NCBI RefSeq assembly: GCF_001447785.1 | Contig: NW_015172574.1 | Location: forward strand, 355,403-419,402 | Direction: 5' to 3' | Source of the DNA: Gekko japonicus | Taxonomy: Eukaryota | Length of the DNA: 64,000 nucleotides | Shown here: piece after piece, positions 38,153 through 50,571 of the stretch | How the letters are laid out: the number at the start of each line of letters is the position of its first letter | Numbering within the stretch: position 1 is the stretch's first letter | The notes under the pieces: model-generated | What the model was told of the DNA's origin: nothing | The model's database searches: none | Seen by the model: the letters and a program-made list of their open reading frames with translations, nothing else | Position numbers and translations under genes: made by a program

Positions 38153-39535
38153 GTACTTGGCTTGAGTACAGAATCCTAGATCTGGATGGGTCCCAAAGGC
38201 CATTCCTACCCCAAGGCGTGATCACCAGCCTCTATCTGCCCTCTCCCCTCCGTACTTTTTCTCCTTGAACACCATGATCTAGTTGTTTTCAGACTTTAAA
38301 TTGTAGAGGCCCCTACAATTTTGTCTTCTGCTAGTAGAGGAAGGAGGAGCTCCTTTTGACCTTTGCAAATGCTGTGCTGGGGATTGTGAGATTTGTGTGG
38401 ACAAAAAGCTACACAAGGTTTTGGACTGCAATGGGGGGGGGGTTGAGTGAGAGGAATAATGAGTAGAATACAACCAATGAGCTGTTACATCCAAAATGAC
38501 AAGCTGTGGCTTGAATTCCTGCCCACCTTCTTTTAGCCCGTGGCTCCCGGGCGCCAAGAGACCCCCTTCTTGTAGCCAGTGGCTCGTGGCCGAGAAGGAG
38601 AGGGAAAGAACTTTTTGAGAACATTTTCCTTCCTGATTGGCGGGAGGCCAATCTTCAGCCAAGTGGCTGCATAGCCTGCCATCAGCAAAGGGCACTCCGG
38701 GGAGGTTTGTCCTTAAATGAGATAGAGATCGGGACACTGCATACCCATTAGGGATAATCAGGGGTGAGAAGAGGAGGTTATATGTCATGTTCCAGGAGAG
38801 CTGCAGTCCTTGATGGCTTTATCAGTCAGAACCAGAATCTTGAGCTATAGCTAGAAGACGCCGGTGCTGGTTCAGAATCTTTTTGGGAGCACCTCTGCTT
38901 GTCAAAACAATGGGAGGAGAGATTCCTGAGGATGAAAACTGGCTCCTGCTCAGCACATAGGCAGAAATTTGGCTTACAGAGTTGCACAGTCTCAACCGAT
39001 TTTTATTAATCCACCTACTTGTTAGGAGGCATGTAGGGCAAAGGAGAGCCAGCGTGGTGTAGTGGGTAGCGTGTCAGGCTAAGACCAGGGAGACCCAGGT
39101 TCAAATCCCCCCTCTTGCCTTTAAAAAAAAAAAAAACATTATCAGGATATAACAACATGTCCAACATTAAAGCATTTCATCATTCACAATATACCCCTTT
39201 TTTCCCTTCACCCTCCCTCCCCTTCTTCAGGCTTCCCGCAGTGCTCCCACGCCCACCAAATCCTCCTCCTTCTTATCCATCATTTCATCTAAAACAAAAC
39301 TTAATAGGTAACAATTTCTTTAACTCTTGCCTTGAGGCCCACACACACTCGGGCTAACCTACCTAACAGGTTTGTTGTGGGGATAAAAGAGAAAAGGGCT
39401 GAACGTTGGAAGCTACTTTGGGTCACCATTGGGGTACGAAAGAAGTGAATGGATGTTTAGACAGTGGTGTCAGGATATTGGGCCAGAGCCGAAGATTCGT
39501 AACCGTTGCTTCTGCTCTCTCTTGCATGTGCAAAG

Positions 39536-39582
39536 TCAGATGACCTCCAGAAGAGAGAAGAGCCTCACATTGCCTCTTTAAG
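39536..39582 (+). CDS. OGFOD1: OGFOD1 exon 3 (SDDLQKREEPHIASLR)
   Basis: AAG acceptor, GTAAAG donor, 47 nt. Confidence 0.92.
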
Positions 39583-40063
39583 GTAAAGTTGATTGCTGCA
39601 CATCCTAGAGTAGCCCATAACGTGGCTCATGGTGGCAAAGCAAAACGGGTGAACGGGAGCCAGTTTCGTGAATTTCCCCCTGGCTGTAAGCTAGCTGGTG
39701 CTGCTGGGAAGCTCCTTATTCCGTGGTCTGTATACTCAGTGCCAGTTGTGTACACCTCTCAAGTTAACTAGCTTGGGCTTCAGCCCTCCTCATGCTTGCT
39801 TGATTGGAGTTAAGCCCCGCTCAACTCTGTGAAGTTTATTTCTGAGTAAGCAAGCATAGCCTTCGCACCTGACTTTTGATTTTAAAGCAAATGGCACATT
39901 CATCTTGCTTATTTTTACATTGGGTGCGGACAGGCTCGGTCAAAAGGCCGGGAGGTGTGCCAAGTGAAATCCGATGCCCATCTAATCGCCCACTGTCTTT
40001 TAATGGCCTATTTGAGCTTGGAAAGGAAGCCTTCCTTCCCAGAGGATTACAACCCACATCTGA

Positions 40064-40323
40064 TGGTGTAGTGGTTAGGAGCGCGGACTCTAATCTGGGA
40101 GAACCGGGTTTGATTCCCCACTCCTCCACATGCAGCTGCTGGTGTGACCTTGGGTCCGTCATAAGTTCTCTCAGAGCTGTTCTCTCAAGGGCAGTCCTCG
40201 AGAGAGAGCCCCACTACCTCACAGGGTGTCTGTTGTGGGGAGGGGAAAGGAAAGGGATTGTAAACCACTCTGAGACTCCTTCAGGTACTGAAGGGCAGGG
40301 TATAAATCCATTCTCTTCTTCTT
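40064..40323 (+). mobile_element. tRNA-derived SINE (Squam3-like) abutting the OGFOD1 exon 4 acceptor
   Basis: A box TGGTGTAGTGG, B-box-like GGTTTGATTCC, L2-like 3' end, (CTT)n tail. Confidence 0.85.
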
Positions 40324-40332
40324 GTCTCTCAG

Positions 40333-40433
40333 GAAAGTCCTCTTTGACGAATTCCGGGTCTGGCTTTCAGATGTGGCCCAGGTGGAGCTGGAGCCAACCA
40401 TCGATTTGTCCTGTGCCAAATATGAATATACAG
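40333..40433 (+). CDS. OGFOD1: OGFOD1 exon 4 (KVLFDEFRVWLSDVAQVELEPTIDLSCAKYEYT)
   Basis: CAG acceptor, GTGAGG donor, 101 nt. Confidence 0.95.
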
Positions 40434-41516
40434 GTGAGGAAATGCCCTGCCTTCTCCATCAACACACCCACATCAGAGACAGGAGCCTGGCAAGACCTCT
40501 CAGCCAGGGAGGAAGAGACGATGGCATTTGCTCATCACTGGGGACTAAGGTGTGGGGGGGAGAATAGCATATGTTTTTAAAGCGTTGTAAGCCACTGTGG
40601 AGGCTTCAAGCTGGAAAAGCAGACTATAAATACAGTCTTTAAAACTGTGGGGATTAGCTCCATATGCTGGTAAGAGAGACAGGATTTTCATTTCTGAAGG
40701 GCGCCTACGGCCATACCACCCTACCATCCATCTCTGAAGGGCTTTTATTTAGATAGCTTAGAGCACTCTTTTCTTATAGAGGATCAAGGCAGCTTACAAT
40801 GAATAACAGGAGAAAAGGATTTCTGGTGCAGAGGGAAACATTGACATTTTTCAGACCTTTCGGTCTTCTGTTTAGTCTCTCTTCTTTCTCTGACTCTGCT
40901 GACAGCTTCAGTTGCTTTAGCCTGGGTGCTTCCAGAGGCTCAGAGTTCCGTGTGAATTGGCAGTTCCACATCAGTTATCAGGAGCCAGAAAGAAACTTAG
41001 TTTCCGATGCTGATGGCTCTAGAAAACTTGTGGGTCTTCTGAGCACCATTCCCCAGTGTGGCACCTGCCCCGTGCCAGGAAAGTGAACAAGACCCTTGTC
41101 TGGTAGAGCGTGTGGTAGGCAGGTGGATCCCACCTTCAAGTAGCCACATCTGGAGGAATAAGTAATCTGCAAGCCTCTCTTAGGTGCAGGCCTCATGCCA
41201 CCGATGGAAGTCAATGTGGCTCTTTCAGACGTGACTCTCCATGCACCATGGACTGAGTACCACAGCTATAGGACAGTGGCAGGAGATAGAGGGAACACAC
41301 TACTGGAAATTGTGATCAAATGGCTGGTGCCCAGCAGTGGCACTCCAATAATATTACTGCCTCTTAAGACTGAGTTGCAGCAGCTGGGTGGGAGGCTGGT
41401 TAGAGATGGGACAGTTATCAAAGCCCTGGTTGGGCTGGCAGTGCCAGATCTATCTCCCTTCTGTTAGGCACCAGTTCCTGAACTAAGATGGAGTCAGCTC
41501 CCAGTTCTGTTACCTT

Positions 41517-42750
41517 AAGAACATAAGAGCCCTGCTGGATCAGACCAGTAGTCCATCTAGTCCAGCATCCTGTCTCACACAGTGGCCACCAGTTCCTCTG
41601 GACAGCCAACAACAGGGCATAGAGGCCGAGGCCTTCCCCCGAGGTTGCCTCCTGGCTCTGGGATTCAGAGGCTTGGTGTCTCTGAATGTGAAGGTTCCCC
41701 TCAGCCACCATGGCTAGTAGCCATTGATAGACGTATCCTCCATGAATCTATCTAATCTCCTTTTAAAGCTGTTTATTCCTGTGACCATCACAGGCAGCGA
41801 ATTCCACATTTTAAGCACTCTCTGTGTAAAGTAGTATTTCCTTTTGTCCATCCTGAACCTACTGCCCATCAGCTTCATTGGATGCCCTTGAGTTCTAGTA
41901 TTTGGGGAGAGGGAGAAAAAGTTCTTTGGAAAAAAGTTCTTTCTTAGAAAAAGACCTACTCTAGGTTTGTACGGACATGGTTTCCATGGCTGCAGTAAAT
42001 GACAGAAGCTGAACTTCTTCCCACTAATACTACTTACTCTTCTTGGCTTTTCTTCTAGCTCTCTATTGTACACTCTGAGATACATACAAAAGTCTTCTGC
42101 ATCTAAGATCCAGTTCTAATCTAGTCCTCACACTCGCTTTTCTGACAGAGGTGGCATAATTACCAGCACTTCATACTCTTCATTATTGGTTGATAAATGT
42201 TCAAAAATGTTAAAAATAGTTTTTACTGTTACATAATAGACTTTTGAGGCTACTTGATCCTTATCTCTCGTCGTTGCTTGTTTAATGCTTTTGATGTTCA
42301 TTGTTGTTAATGATTATTTTAAAACAAATTTTTATAAAAATATATTTTTTTGAAAATAATTTATTAGGATATATTAAACAACATCAAATATAGATCAAAA
42401 CTTATATAATTATACATCCTACCCTCCTCTCTTCCCCTCCCCCTAACTTATCCCTCCATTTTTTGTTCTTACCCCTTTATCACTCTTTTTAATGTCCTTT
42501 AACCTTCAATAATTATCAAAGCAAAGTAAATTGTCCCTTTAAAAAAAATGTTTAAGAGAGAGGGAGAAAAAATTCTCTCTGTCAACTCTCTCTGCCCCCC
42601 ATGCATCGTTTTATAAACCTCTATCATGTCCCCCCTTAGTCATCTCTTTTCTAAACTGAAAAGCCCCAGACTCTTCAGCCTTTTCTCATAGGGAAGGTGC
42701 TCCAGCCCCCTAATCATTTTGGTTGCCCTCTTCTGGACTATCTCCAGTGA
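41517..42750 (-). mobile_element. CR1 3' fragment interrupted by an AT-rich insertion (~41925-42555)
   Basis: TQGHPMKLMGSRFRMDKRKYYFTQRV peptide; GAGAGGGAGAAAAA repeated on both sides of the insert. Confidence 0.7.
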
Positions 42751-42875
42751 CAGTAAGAGGGGAGCAAGTAGGAGCGAGGCAGTGTGGTCCTGCCGAGTCT
42801 GAAACAAAACTCTGGAGCTTGGTGGTCTTTATCAGGCATGCTTGGCAGTCTCAGCTGAATTGTATGCTGTTGCAG

Positions 42876-42992
42876 ATGCCCTGCTCTGTCATGACGATGA
42901 ACTGGAGGGGCGACGAATTGCCTTCATCCTCTACCTTGTGCCGCCGTGGGACAGGAGTGATGGGGGCACTCTGGACCTGTTCAGTACAGATG
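42876..42992 (+). CDS. OGFOD1: OGFOD1 exon 5 ([25 protein letters not shown]...; HxD iron ligands)
   Basis: AG/GT flanks, 117 nt, CHDDE motif. Confidence 0.96.
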
Positions 42993-44007
42993 GTAGGTGG
43001 GGCATTGCAAGCCTGTTGTGCGCTCAGAGCCAGCAGGCTACAAGTTTCAGTAAAAGAATCCCTGCAAAGTGCAACCTGTTATGTTCCTGCCTTTACTGTC
43101 TCGTTGTCTCTGCATTTTGATAGCTTACGTAGCATGGGCAGTCTCTGCCAAGGACACAAAACCTGTGTGATTTCTCCCCAATTCAGGCCTACACCTGCAG
43201 TCACACAGATACGGAACCCTGAGTCATCAGAAGTAAGAGTGTCCCAAGACACTGCAGCCACTGAGGTTTTAAAAGCCGGAGGAAACTGCTTACAGTGCAG
43301 TCCTAAATTGAGTCACAGCCTTTTGAAGTCTACTGAAGTCAGTAGGCTTAGAAGGGTGTAACTCTGTTTAGGATTGCACTGTTAAACCTGTAATGACTCA
43401 CCTGGGATTTTTTCCATGTTTTGATATTGGCTATTCTGTTATTCCGAGTTAAATCTCGGCTTGATTGTGCAAGTAGAATAAGGGAGAGCTTGGTGGTAGA
43501 GTACTGTGGATGGTGGTAGAGTCCTGGGGTTCTACCATCTCGAGTTAAAAGAGGACTTGGGTAACAGCTGGGACTTCTGCCTTAGTCCCTGAGCCTGCAT
43601 CCTGACAATGTAAAGGGTTTCAGTATGTTTAAAGACTCTAGAAGTTCAGATAGGTGGGTCTCTCTTAAGTTTTTCTGCAAACTAGCACATGCACACTCAG
43701 TGCTGAGTATATCCAATCGGCTCCTGTATATCCCAGTGGGGATGGCTTATGGGTCAAGGATGTGGTGTCATAGCAGAGCTGAATCCCACCCCTTCTTGAC
43801 TTACACATTTTCATTGGGTGGATGCAAAGGAAGACTTGTAGAAATGCAAGCAACTGGTCTGCAGAAGCAGTAGGTGAAATCTGTTTGAAGAATGCAAATC
43901 CTTTGCCAGCTTTGTGGTCTGGAGGTGGTAGCAGGAAAAACAGGGATTGGAGTAATGGGTTCAACTATTCAGAGTTTGCTTTTTTTGTCATTTTTCTCTC
44001 CTGCCAG

Positions 44008-44099
44008 ATCACTTTCAGCCTCAGCAGATCATCAAGTCATTGGTCCCTTTGTGGAACTCACTAGCCTTCTTTGAAGTGTCACCAGTCTCTTTCCACCAG
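44008..44099 (+). CDS. OGFOD1: OGFOD1 exon 6 ([30 protein letters not shown]), GC donor
   Basis: CAG acceptor; donor CAG|GCAAGA; 92 nt restores frame with exon 7. Confidence 0.92.
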
Positions 44100-44195
44100 G
44101 CAAGAGGGCTCTTTTGTTCCTGCCCACATGCAGCCATATTGCTGTTCCTGCTTCCCCTCTGATTTTCCAGACTGTTACATGAAGTTGCCTTATAC

Positions 44196-44501
44196 CAGGG
44201 GTCCCCAATGTGGCGGCTGCCAACACTTTTTCTGGATCCTGCCAAGTGTTCTTAGGTAGTGGGAGGGGCCAGGTAGTGTTTTTGGACAGCAAGGCTTCTG
44301 ATTGGCTATTGGGGATCTGATTGGCAGTGCATTTGTTAAAGTGTTGCTTTGGCAACAGCTGCCACCATAGCATAAGGATCTTCACTGTGTGACTGACGTT
44401 AAGCTGCAGCAATTGTTTTGTGGCTGGTTCTGCCTCCTGTAGCCGCCATTTTGTCACTGTGCCCACCATGCCTGCAGCCTCAAAAAGGATGGGAACCACT
44501 G
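44196..44501. mobile_element. hAT MITE
   Basis: TIRs CAGGGGTCCCCA / GGGAACCACTG; TSD CCTTATAC / GCTTATAC. Confidence 0.8.
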
Positions 44502-45589
44502 GCTTATACTAAGCCCCCGACCATTAGTCCATGTAGCTTTATATAGCCTCCTTTGATTGGCAGTTGTTCTCTACGATCTCAGACTTCTTTCCCAAACATC
44601 TTTTCCCAATAGCTGCTAAATAAAACAGAACTCCAGTGGCATGTTAAGGACTAACAATATTTACATGAGTTCTTATAAGTCGCAGCTCACGTCCTCAAAT
44701 ATGTGGAAGGAAATCAAACTGGGTGTTCTACTTAAGTTTACATGGCAGGAGGGGTTGAGACAGGTTGGATGTGAATTCCGCCATGAGTCTTTCAAGTGTA
44801 AATGACTAGACCTGGATTGTGGCTAGAACAGACTCATGAAGAATTCACTCCCTACCTCTCTTTCAACCCTTTCTCCCCCTCCACACCTTGTAACCATCTC
44901 CTTAAGCAGAATTCCCAGTTTAATTGCCCTACACACATCCAAGGAAGTGAGCTTCAACTTAACAGAAGCTCGTATTGAAATAAATGTCAGTCTCTAAGGT
45001 GCCACGGGACTTTTGCCTTATTTTGTTATAGCAGAGTAACATGCAACCAATATCTTCTATCTTTTAAAGAGGAGCTGCTGGGGCTTGAACCTGAGACCTT
45101 CTGCATGCAAAGCTGGTGCTCTACCACTGAGCCACAATCTCCCAGATAGCAGGAAAGGCTGACCCAGGGCCATGCCTTCTTCGTAAACCATTGTGGGTTT
45201 TGCTGTTGAGGATCTCAGGCATGCCTTCCTGGCTTGTTCTTTCTGCTTGAAACAGAGATGTTTGGGGACATCAGAGTTAAGGTTTCTCAAGGAACTGCTG
45301 TAACTCCAAGCCACCTAGGACCGGTCTATGCATGATTATGGTGGGCTTTATGTGCACAGCTGTTGGCCACTCATGTTCTTCTTTGTTTGGGTGTATGATC
45401 ACTGATAGAGTAGTTTCAGTTTCGTGTTTTACCTAGTTTCCATATGTTATGTCCTGGCTCAGTCTTCAAAATGAGACAGGGCCAAACTCCAAATTGGTAG
45501 AGGAGGTCTCGGGCCTCTTTAAGACCTTGACTTAGCTCCCCTGTTGGAGAAGTAAATGCTAACTACTTTTTGATTTCCTTCCACTCCAG

Positions 45590-45718
45590 GTGGCTGAAGT
45601 CCTTTCCAAGGACAAGTGTCGGTTGTCTGTGAGCGGCTGGTTTCACGGCCCTTCGGTTGCTAGGCCACCACGCCACGTCGAGCCACTCCTGCCACGGAGT
45701 CCCCACATCCCTTTTGAT
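45590..45718 (+). CDS. OGFOD1: OGFOD1 exon 7 ([21 protein letters not shown]...PHIPFD)
   Basis: Branch-like GCTAAC, CAG acceptor, GTAAGC donor, 129 nt. Confidence 0.96.
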
Positions 45719-45894
45719 GTAAGCAAATCCTGCTCCCTTTCCAGGTATTCTGACTTCCACAGATGGAGTCAGACAATCAAGTACTCTTGCCACTTAATTG
45801 ATTCATTGGAAGGGAAAGCTTTGTCTGAATCCACCCATTCCTCCTGCAGTAGGACCTGTTATGATCTGCTTGCGATGGGGGACGACGACTCAAA

Positions 45895-46624
45895 GGGTGC
45901 GTTCAGACGCGCCATTTGATCTGGTGTCGTGCCAGTTTAGAAACGGATTTTATACACGCAATCATACAGTCAACATCTGCCTCCCAGCCGTCGCTTTCCG
46001 GCTCAAATCCCCTTTAAACAGGAGTATTTTGTTACCAGGTCCCCAAGTGGTGTTTTCCTGATTCTCCATTTCCAGCTGCATTTTCCCCCTGTGTGATTGC
46101 TCCTCCAGTGTTGAGCCACTTCCGGTTTAAACCCGCTCCCCGCTCAAAAGCTGCCCGAGGCTTCCACTTTTCGCCCGCCATTTTTTTTAAGCATTGGCGG
46201 TGTGCGCATAGGCGGAGCTCCACCACTGCGTTATTAAAAACAATGTTTAAACGGTGCCTAGTTTTAGCATTTAGATGAGTTCGGGATCTCACGGAGGCCA
46301 TTTTTGGGTTAATGTTTAAAGGGAAGCGTTCCTTTAAAGTTTAAAGGGAAGTGTTACAGTAGTCGGGTTGAAATGGAAATCGCTGTCCTGCGCACACGCG
46401 AAAATTTTAGTTCTACAGATGGCTGCCTGTGCGCATGCCCAAACTGAGAGAGAGAGAAAAACAACACTGATGCACGCTCCCGCCTGTGGACGGCGGGGAG
46501 TGATGTGGCTGCGCAGCGATACAGAGCAAGGAGGTGAGTGTGATCACGATTCTCCAGGTTAAAAAAACCTGCATTAGGGCCAGAGCAATTTAAACCGCTC
46601 CCAGCACGCCGTCTGACCGCACCC
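45895..46624. mobile_element. PIF/Harbinger-like MITE
   Basis: TIRs GGGTGCGTTCAGACG / CGTCTGACCGCACCC; 3-bp TSD AAA; CpG-rich. Confidence 0.75.
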
Positions 46625-48007
46625 AAAAGGAGTCTTGTGGCACCTTTGAGACTAGCAGGTCATTATGGCATAGGCTTTTGTGGACTAGAGCCTCAGCCCC
46701 CAATCTTATGTTGAATAAATGGATAGAACCTTTGTTAGCCGACAAACGCTCCTCAGTCACCAAACGGGTGGCGGAGTTCCTGGCCCTAGCAGCAAAAGAG
46801 ATAGAAACCAAAAGTGGTAAAAGTGCTAGATAGGGGAAGATTACGTGCCTACTCTTCTTAGTTAAGATCCAACTGTACTTAGTTTCTGCTACGCCTCTTG
46901 TTTTGGAGAATTTCTCTAGACTGTTTTTTATTTTTCCCTCCAATCTCGCTCAGGTGTTTTGTTGTATCCTACCTTGTTATGCCAATAAAGGTTGTTTGTG
47001 TGAGAGTAGAGCCCACATCAGTGTGCCCCAGTTAACAGAGGGATACATTGGCATAAAAGGGGGGAGGGATTATGGGGGATCAGAAGGCAATGAAATACAA
47101 GTTGTATAGACTGTGACTTTTCTGTACAAAGCCTAAAAGTCCACAACTGACTGACAGTGCAATTCTAAGCAGATTTATACTGTTGTAAGTCCACTGAAGT
47201 TGATGGGCTTAGAAGGGTTGTAACTTGATTTAGGATTGCACTGAAAATAACTTCATAAATTAAAGGCACAAAAAGTTTTTCTTGTATAAGTAACTATACG
47301 GAAAAACTGTTTCAATCTTTTTAACACATGTCTCAGATAAGAGATTTGACACATGCCCTGAAAGATATTAAATGGTCTTAAGTCTTCATGTAAGCTAATG
47401 AAAATGTTGTAATTCTGTGATGTAAATAATATATGTTAAGCAACACTAGTTATATTTGACTGAAGAGTTGAAATTCCTACTTTCATGCTGTATTACATTG
47501 TTTATTGTAACTCTTATGTGTTACAAAATCAAGTTTGTTTTTAAAAGGCAGTGACCATTTACAGCAGTCTTTCTGGAGTTGCTAAGCTAATTTAATACGC
47601 ATGGTGGGAGAAAAACACATCACAGCGATTGAATTCTAATTGGGTAATGTCAGATCTCCTGCAAGTCACCATTTTTAACAAAAGAAATTTAAAGGAGAAC
47701 TTTAGTGTGAAACTGCTGGACTAGAATTCACTAGGAAGGATAACACAGTCCAACAGAAGAATATGGCTAACTCTTTGGAATTGCAAGAGAAAATCAACTG
47801 GGGCAGATGGCCATTGGAGCAGGGAACAGGATATCAACATGGTGGCATTCAAGAACAGTGCAAATGCCAGCACCAGAGAGGGCCTTGAGGGGATTCTGGC
47901 TGAGGGCTGGAGGGCCCTTTAATTCCTTGTTTAATGCCATTATGGAAACATTTATTGGGCTCCTTTTTTTCTCTCCTTTCCTTCCCACCTCTTTGTTTTT
48001 TCCATAG

Positions 48008-48121
48008 CATGAAATCTTGTATCGCTGGATCAATCCAGTGTATCTGGAGATGGATTCTCAGAGCCAAGTCCAAGAGGAGTTTGAGGATCGGTCTGAGATC
48101 TTGCTGAAGGATTTTCTCATG
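48008..48121 (+). CDS. OGFOD1: OGFOD1 exon 8 ([38 protein letters not shown])
   Basis: TAG acceptor, GTGAGT donor, 114 nt. Confidence 0.95.
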
Positions 48122-48962
48122 GTGAGTCTCAGAAGCGCCATTCTGATCGGACAGCAGCGCTGACTGAGTCGGCAGTTCTGCATAATGGAGACTGGGAGCA
48201 GCATTCCCATTTTTTTAAGAGTGGGGGGGGTCTGTAGTAGAGTTTGCAAAACATTCGCCATCAGGGCTTTTATATACCCAACAGGTTTTGCTATCTTGGA
48301 GCCTTTATTTTAATCTATATTACTCTTTTAAAACCTCACATTCCTTTCCTTTTATTTTTAAATCCTGGCATTAATCTTCTTAGCAGCCTGATCAGCCCAG
48401 TTTGGCCCTGGCTCATCAGGGCCAGGGCACTAAGCAAGGTTGGCAGTGGTTAGTACTTGGGTGTTGATATTTGCTGGTCTTGGTTCCGTGTACACTTCGA
48501 TAAGAATTAGTCGGTAGAGGCAGAGATTTAATTAGCCAACTGATGGAAGACATCAGAGATACCAGAAGTAGATTGGATGTGCATTTTTTATAACCAAGCA
48601 AACACTTGCCATTCGATCACAAGTCTGTGTCAAGGTGACGTCGTTGACAAAGCAGAACTGGCTTGTTACTTGGTGGAACCCTAAAGCCGGTTAGCGTATT
48701 TTTGAAAGCAGCACCTAATGCAAAATCTCACACAGTGATTTTGTTCCCTCACGATGTTATAGACTGGAAAGGAAAATTCAGTTTCTCGTGGGGAGCTCCT
48801 TCCCCTGGCCAAAGGTCCTTGGCATTGGTAATGTCAAGGAGACAGCAGTCTGGGAGGCAGGAATGAGCCCCAAATTGTAGAACTGAAGCCGGGGGGTTCT
48901 GGCCAAGTGAGTAGTACTCCTTGGAGGAAAACCCGGGCTCTTCTGCTGTGCTTGGTTCCTAG

Positions 48963-49042
48963 GGAGACAAATTCCAGCTGGTCTGTGAGGCTCTGAAGAA
49001 GGGAGAACCCAAATGGAACAGCAGGGGGCCCCCTAACAAAAG
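48963..49042 (+). CDS. OGFOD1: OGFOD1 exon 9 (GDKFQLVCEALKKGEPKWNSRGPPNKR)
   Basis: TAG acceptor, GTAGGA donor, 80 nt. Confidence 0.93.
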
Positions 49043-50104
49043 GTAGGACTGTGTTGCGCTCCCTGGAGGTCATCAGCATAACTTATTTCAGCAGTCTCTG
49101 TGCTGCATGAAATTGGCTTGCAAGGATTGAGAACCACAAGTATTGGTTTGAGTATCTAGCCAAGAATTTGGCTGTAAGGATTTTTTTTTTAAGCTTTTTA
49201 AAAAAACACGTTGCTAACGCTTACAATTGTATAATGTGTGAGCCCTGCTTCTTGAGTTCTCAGCCAGCAGAGAGGGTTGAGCGGGACTTCCAAGGAGCTT
49301 AGAGTACCAGCGTGGCACAGCTGTGAGCATATGTCAGACCAGGATCCGGGAGACCCAGCCTTCCCCACTCTGCCACGGAAGCTTGCTGGGTGACCTTGGG
49401 TCACTCACACTCTCTCCGCCTAACCTATCTGATCGGGTGGTTGTTGTGAGGATAAAATGGAGGAGAGAATAATGTAAGCCACTTTTGGTCCTCACTGGGG
49501 AGAAAGGTGGGGTATAAATGAAGCAAATAAGAAACCCTGTGTTGCTTCGTGTACCTACCGGATTGTTACTGGTCTTAAATTGAAAGCCACTGTGGTATTG
49601 TGGATCGATCGTTGGCCTTGGGGGACAGCCCTACGTGTTGCACGTGTACCACAGCAGCTGGAAACAGCATCCCTGAGTCATAGTCTCTCCTATAATGTGT
49701 AGATCACCTGTTTCACCACACAGTGTGTACTTTTTCCTTTAGGTGCAGGAAATGAACTCAAGTCCCTGCTCAACCACAAATCTCACCAGGTGGCTGATTT
49801 TCTCTCTGTGTAACCCACCTTAGGGGTTGGCTGTGAAATTCGTGCTAATTTATGGGCACCATCCAGAGCCTCTTAGTGGCTTGTAAGAATGCATAGATAA
49901 GACTTTTGCGCATATCATCCCACACAAAATCACAAATACTGTGTCCGGGAAGTAGACTAAATTACGCAGATGATAAATGCTGTGCTTGCCTAACAATTTC
50001 TGCGTGTAATTTGGGTTACTTTAGTGCAGAATTTGCATCATTTGTTTTGGAGAGAGGGAGAGAACACGCAATGGGCCCTGTTAGCAACGCTTCCTGTCTT
50101 CCAG

Positions 50105-50382
50105 GTTTTATGACAAAGCAGAAGAGGAGAGCCTGCCAGCCATTTTGAAGGAATGCATGGAGCTGTTCCGCTCAGAGGCCTTCTTCCTGCTTCTTTCAAA
50201 CTTCACAGGCTTGAAGCTGCATTTCCTAGCTCCTGAGGAGGAGGAGGAAGAAAAAGATGCAGCAGCTGCAGGAGGAGATCTTTCCAGCTGCTCACAAGGG
50301 GAGAGCAGTCAAGAGGAAACCAAGAAGCATAATGGTGCAGGAGAGCCATGGGGAAACTCTGAGAACAATGGGTGCAAAAATG
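50105..50382 (+). CDS. OGFOD1: OGFOD1 exon 10 (FYDKAEEE...[23 protein letters not shown] + acidic linker)
   Basis: CAG acceptor, GTATGA donor, 278 nt, phase consistent with exon 11. Confidence 0.9.
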
Positions 50383-50571
50383 GTATGAAAAGCATCCCGA
50401 TCCAGTCAGTGTGATGCTTTTTTTTCCAGTGTGACCCCATTAATAGTATGTCCAAAGTGAGATGTTTGAAGCCGACAGCAGCTGTGCCTCATTCATCACA
50501 GGCAGCAGTTCTCTTGAGAACAGAATAGCTGCGTGAAACTGGCATCCTGAAAGCGACAACAGGGTTGCATA

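Noticed and set aside
45074-45136. tRNA-like sequence on the minus strand (TGGCTCAGTGGTAGAGC...GGTTCAAGCCC)
   Set aside because: No proper acceptor stem; continues into a SINE body, so it is a tRNA-derived SINE head, not a tRNA gene
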